A stretch of 59,448 nucleotides of DNA, taken from positions 1-59,448 of the forward strand of contig JBEKED010000001.1 in NCBI GenBank assembly GCA_050014035.1, given 5' to 3'. The translations under genes and the position numbers were made by a program. Positions 55,817 to 59,448 of the stretch are shown here, in pieces. Under the pieces are notes generated by a model that was given only the letters and a program-made list of their open reading frames with translations, did no database searches and had not been told where the DNA came from. Source of the stretch: Terriglobales bacterium. GTDB lineage: Bacteria; Acidobacteriota; Terriglobia; Terriglobales; Acidobacteriaceae. Every line of letters starts with the position of its first letter. Position 1 is the stretch's first letter.

Positions 55817-58429
55817 ATGAACCTGCCCCCTGGCACCAAACTTGGGCCGTATGAGATTGTCTCGCTTCTGGGAGCGGGCGGCATGGGCGAAGTCTATCGA
55901 GCCCGTGACTCTCGTCTCCGACGCGAAGTGGCGATCAAGGTTTTGCCGCGGGAGCTTTCGCTTGACGCCGATCGGATGCGGCGTTTTGAGCAGGAAGCGC
56001 TGGCCACCGCTGCCCTGAACCATCCCAACATTCTGGCGGTGTTCGACATTGGCACGAGCGAAGGCTCGCCGTACGTCGTCTCCGAACTGCTGGAGGGAGA
56101 GACGCTGCGGGAGCGGCTGCGCAGCGGATCGATTGCCACGCGCAAGGCTTTGGACTATGCCTTGCAAATTGCGCACGGACTGGCCGCGGCCCACGAAAAA
56201 GGAATCATCCATCGCGACCTCAAGCCGGACAATCTGTTCATCACGAAGGATGGGCGGGTCAAGATTCTGGACTTCGGGCTCGCCAAACTGACTCAGGCCG
56301 ACCCCGGTGCGGGGTCTCACACTTCAATGCCAACTGTGACCCACGGCGCCACCGAAGCGGGCGTGGTGATGGGGACGGCGGGATACATGTCGCCGGAGCA
56401 GGTACGCGGCATCGCGCTCGATCCGCGCTCCGACATTTTCAGTTTTGGCGCAATTCTCTACGAGATGCTCTCGGGCAAACGGGCATTTCATGGCGACACT
56501 GCGGCGGATACGATGAGTTCGATTCTGAAGGAAGATCCTCCGGAGTTCAACGAAACCAACCGCAATGTCTCGCCGGCGCTGGAGCGCATTGTGCAGCACT
56601 GCCTGGAGAAAAACCCCGAGTCGCGCTTCCATTCCGCCAGCGATATTGCATTTGATCTCGAACATCTCTCCGGGCTTTCCGGGAGTGCGGCAAGAGTGGC
56701 GGCGGCGGGCGTTGACAGTCGAAACGTCCAGTCGCGCCGCAAGCTGTTGCTTGGGATCGCGGGTGGTCTGGCGCTTGCATGTGTGGTGTATGGACTCGGC
56801 TGGTGGAACGGCACGGCAAGCGGTCGCGCGCCCCGGGCAGAGTATCAGCAGATCACGTTTCGTACGGGTTCGATTGGCAATGCGCGGTTTACGCCTGACG
56901 GCAGCATGGTTTACAGCGCGTCATGGGAGGGCGGCGAGAATCAGCTTTATATGTCGCGCATCGATGATCCAGGATCGCGGGAGCTGGGAATCAGGGATGC
57001 GGAGCTGCTTTCGATTTCGAAGGGCGGCGAGATGGCGATCCGGATCAACTCGCGCAATTTGGGCGGATACGCTCGCAGCGGCACGATGGCGCGGGTTCCG
57101 CTGAGTGGAGGGACGCCGCGCGAGGTGCTGGACAATGTGCAGGACGCGGACTGGTCGGCGAACGGCGAGAGCATGGCGGTGGTGCGCTACGTTCCGGAGA
57201 ACGGTCATTGGCGTCTGGAATATCCGGCGGGCAAGGTTCTGATCGATGGGATTAACTGGATCAGCCATCCGAAGATTTCTCCGGATGGCAAGTGGATCGC
57301 CTTCGCCGACCACGAAAACATATCGGGCGACGACGAAGGTTCGCTGGCGGTGATTGGCGCGGACGGTAAAGAAAAAGAAAGAAAGCTTTCTTCGGGATGG
57401 ACTTCGCTGCAGGGAATTCTCTGGTCTCCTGACGGCGATGAAATCTGGTTTACCTGCACCAAGAGCGGCATCGGCGCGAACCCGCGCGCGGTAACCCTCT
57501 CCGGCAAAGAGCGGAGCATCACCAACGTACCGGGCGGAATGTGGCTGGAAGACATTCGCAACGGCAAGGTACTGACCGTGACCAATCACGAGCGGCTGGG
57601 AATCCGGGGCATCGAGCCGGGCGGAAAAGAAGAACGCGAACTGGGATGGTTTGGCTGGTCGGAGCTGCGCGATATCAGCCGCGACGGCAAGAAAATTCTG
57701 TTCGAAGAAGAAGGCGATGGCGGCGGACCGAATTACACGGTATTTCTGCGCGACACCGACGGATCGCCTCCGGCACGGATTGGCGAAGGCGTGGCGGGCG
57801 CTATTTCACCCGACGGAAAATGGGTGATCACGAAACCGGCGAAAGGCGGACAACTCAACCTGGTGCCGACGGGCGCGGGAGAATCCAGAGTGCTCACCCA
57901 TGATGCGGTGAGTTATGGCGGAGTGCGTTTTTTTCCGGATGGAAAGCACTTGCTGGCCTTTGGTATTGAAGCGGGACATGCCGGGCGGAGCTACGTGATC
58001 GATGTAGCGAGTGGAGATTCGAAGGCCGTCACTCCTGAGGGGACGACTAGCGGCTTAATATCGCCGGATGGCAAAAGCCTGTTGGTGCGGGGAACCGATG
58101 GCAAGCGAGGAATTTGGCCGCTGGACGGGGGCGATCTGCAGCCGATTCAGGGGATTGAGGCGAATGATTCGGTGATTGCCTGGGCTCCGGATGGTGAGAC
58201 AGTCTATGTAGCTCCAAGCCGACGGGGCGCGGTCGCTCTAAGATCCGTGAAAGTCTTTCGGGTTAATATCCGGACCGGAAGAAAAGAACCGTGGAAGACG
58301 TTCGGGGAAGAAACAGGCGCGGGAGTTACGTCGGTTGGATCCCCTCGTCTCTCTAGCGATGGGACGGCGTACGCCTACGTCTACACCAGGATCCTGTCGG
58401 AGGCGTATGTGGTTACTGGGTTGAAGTGA
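55817..58429 (+). CDS. Ser/Thr protein kinase with TM segment and C-terminal TolB-like beta-propeller
   Basis: Hanks kinase motifs ([40 protein letters not shown]). A TM segment follows ([21 protein letters not shown]). Repeated SPDGK propeller motifs then occur. Confidence 0.92.
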   Translation: MNLPPGTKLGPYEIVSLLGAGGMGEVYRARDSRLRREVAIKVLPRELSLDADRMRRFEQEALATAALNHPNILAVFDIGTSEGSPYVVSELLEGETLRERLRSGSIATRKALDYALQIAHGLAAAHEKGIIHRDLKPDNLFITKDGRVKILDFGLAKLTQADPGAGSHTSMPTVTHGATEAGVVMGTAGYMSPEQVRGIALDPRSDIFSFGAILYEMLSGKRAFHGDTAADTMSSILKEDPPEFNETNRNVSPALERIVQHCLEKNPESRFHSASDIAFDLEHLSGLSGSAARVAAAGVDSRNVQSRRKLLLGIAGGLALACVVYGLGWWNGTASGRAPRAEYQQITFRTGSIGNARFTPDGSMVYSASWEGGENQLYMSRIDDPGSRELGIRDAELLSISKGGEMAIRINSRNLGGYARSGTMARVPLSGGTPREVLDNVQDADWSANGESMAVVRYVPENGHWRLEYPAGKVLIDGINWISHPKISPDGKWIAFADHENISGDDEGSLAVIGADGKEKERKLSSGWTSLQGILWSPDGDEIWFTCTKSGIGANPRAVTLSGKERSITNVPGGMWLEDIRNGKVLTVTNHERLGIRGIEPGGKEERELGWFGWSELRDISRDGKKILFEEEGDGGGPNYTVFLRDTDGSPPARIGEGVAGAISPDGKWVITKPAKGGQLNLVPTGAGESRVLTHDAVSYGGVRFFPDGKHLLAFGIEAGHAGRSYVIDVASGDSKAVTPEGTTSGLISPDGKSLLVRGTDGKRGIWPLDGGDLQPIQGIEANDSVIAWAPDGETVYVAPSRRGAVALRSVKVFRVNIRTGRKEPWKTFGEETGAGVTSVGSPRLSSDGTAYAYVYTRILSEAYVVTGLK

Positions 58430-58611
58430 AGGCCATCTGATTACGAGAGCCAATCTTCGCGCTCGGAGGATTGCAACAGCCGCCCCCGCGATCAAAGTGT
58501 CGAGTCGCAGAAATTCCTCTTTTGAGCCATAATATCCGGCTTGCGGGCAAGCAAACCCCGCAGGCACTTTGGCACGATTTCGTGGAAGCGAGAGATGGTG
58601 GAACCAAAACC

Positions 58612-58887
58612 ATGGCGGGATCATACGACGAATGGATGAAAGAAGTCCGCGCTGCCTTCGGCTCATTGGACATGCCCATGGCGGACTGGCACGAAATTGG
58701 AGCGTTCGATTACCGCAGCGAATACGACTCAGGCGTCAAACCGAATGACGCCGCGCTGAAGGCTAACCGTCAATGGTGGCAGGAGTGGAACCAGTCTCTG
58801 CAGCAGGACTGCCGCAAGACCAGGGGCTGCTGGCTCCCCCGTGGCCATCAGGGCCAGTGCGAGCGTTTCTCGGAGAGCAAGGCCTGA
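58612..58887 (+). CDS. Small hypothetical protein (91 aa)
   Basis: ATG at 58612 gives MAGSYDEWMKEVRAAFG... Ordinary composition; I recognise no family. Confidence 0.45.
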   Translation: MAGSYDEWMKEVRAAFGSLDMPMADWHEIGAFDYRSEYDSGVKPNDAALKANRQWWQEWNQSLQQDCRKTRGCWLPRGHQGQCERFSESKA

Positions 58888-58963
58888 ATTGTATGCGTCG
58901 TTCTGGTTGCCCGCAATCTCGGCCAGAGACCAGGAAGCCATCGCCTTCCGTCGTTTCGATACG

Positions 58964-59009
58964 CTTGCGGCATCGCTAAAGCGATTCCCTGTTACGAAAC
59001 TTGGTTTTT
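58964..59009 (+). repeat. Hairpin repeat family B, copy 2
   Basis: CTTGCGGCATCGCTAAAGCGATTCCCTGTTACGAAACTTGGTTTTT. Compare 35821..35868. Confidence 0.7.
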
Positions 59010-59088
59010 CGACGACGGTTTCGAATGGATGGCCGGAATCAGCTTCGCAGCTTTACAGTTTCCTGCGAAACCCTTATAGTGCCGGGTC

Positions 59089-59448
59089 ATGGACGGAACT
59101 TTCTTCTGCAACAAGTGCGGGGCGCAGAATGCCGCGGGCGCTCAGTTCTGTAGCCGCTGTGGAACGCCCACGAGTCCAACTTCCGGCGTGATCCCGGCCG
59201 CGGTGCCTTCTTCAATTCCCGCGCCGCCGTACGCCGCGACGGCGCCTTCGTATCCGGGGGTCGCGCCAGCGGCCGGGGTTGGCTACGGAGGGTTCTGGAT
59301 TCGAGTGGTAGCCGCCATCATCGACGGCATTCTTGTGCGGGTGGTGGTGTCTCCGATTCACCTGTTTTTCGGTGGTCTCGGGCTGGCGGGAATGATGAGC
59401 GGAATCCATCCGCTTGGGCTTGCTCTTTTCGGTGGTGGGGTTACGTTT
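59089..59448 (+). CDS. Zinc-ribbon plus RDD-family membrane protein (partial; runs off the right edge)
   Basis: Absent from the ORF track. ATG at 59089 gives MDGTFFCNKCGAQNAAGAQFCSRCGTP, then a Pro-rich linker, then GGFWIRVVAAIIDGILV (RDD-type start). The frame stays open to the window end. Confidence 0.75.
   Translation, partial: MDGTFFCNKCGAQNAAGAQFCSRCGTPTSPTSGVIPAAVPSSIPAPPYAATAPSYPGVAPAAGVGYGGFWIRVVAAIIDGILVRVVVSPIHLFFGGLGLAGMMSGIHPLGLALFGGGVTF

Noticed and set aside
58885-59088. Read-through of the TGA stop of ORF 58612..58887 as a second selenoprotein.
   Set aside because: The downstream in-frame sequence is the translation of repeat family B and has no coding character. The TGA is not at a Cys-homologous catalytic position, and no SECIS-like hairpin follows it directly.

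Overview
This is a 59.4-kb high-GC bacterial chromosomal window. The gene content suggests a soil Acidobacteriota-type genome: a TonB receptor with a carboxypeptidase-regulatory-like N-terminus, a Ser/Thr kinase fused to a TolB-like propeller, several DinB/STAS/PilZ/HDOD proteins, and very dense REP-like intergenic elements. That placement is inference only. All function calls come from motif recognition by eye; no searches were run.

Positions 1-14.1 kb look accessory, with every gene on the minus strand. They hold a DUF3037-like ORF that runs off the left edge (absent from the ORF track), a HipA-like kinase, and an apparently intact but orphan phage terminase large subunit. Next come a Sec-secreted beta-helix plus CE4 deacetylase protein, a ~1900-aa Sec-secreted tail-fibre-like protein, and a dual-specificity phosphatase. 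The block ends with a small cluster (YezD-like, zinc-ribbon, sigma-70 region-4-only proteins) bounded by a ~390-bp AT-rich gap.

The remaining 45 kb is mostly housekeeping: gyrB, queA, a cobalamin-riboswitch-controlled TonB receptor, efp, acyP, apt, selD, bfr, mnmG, csp, pmbA/tldD, hup, rpmE, recJ.

Main observations:
1. selD is a selenocysteine (in-frame TGA) gene that the ORF track truncates.
2. A double-hairpin REP-like element is inserted in frame inside selD. A second, intergenic copy carries compensatory stem mutations.
3. At least 12 copies of a 'triple-word' intergenic element have conserved ends and a copy-specific triplicated word.
4. A ~900-bp ORF-free region between hup and rpmE contains two ~159-bp tandem repeats and seven copies of a ~22-nt motif.
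5. tldD and a small cytochrome c gene look frameshifted.
6. Uncharacterised gene pairs stand out: HipA-like/DUF3037, and a DnaC-like ATPase with a Cho/UvrC-N-like protein.

I saw no rRNA, tRNA, CRISPR array, integrase or transposase.
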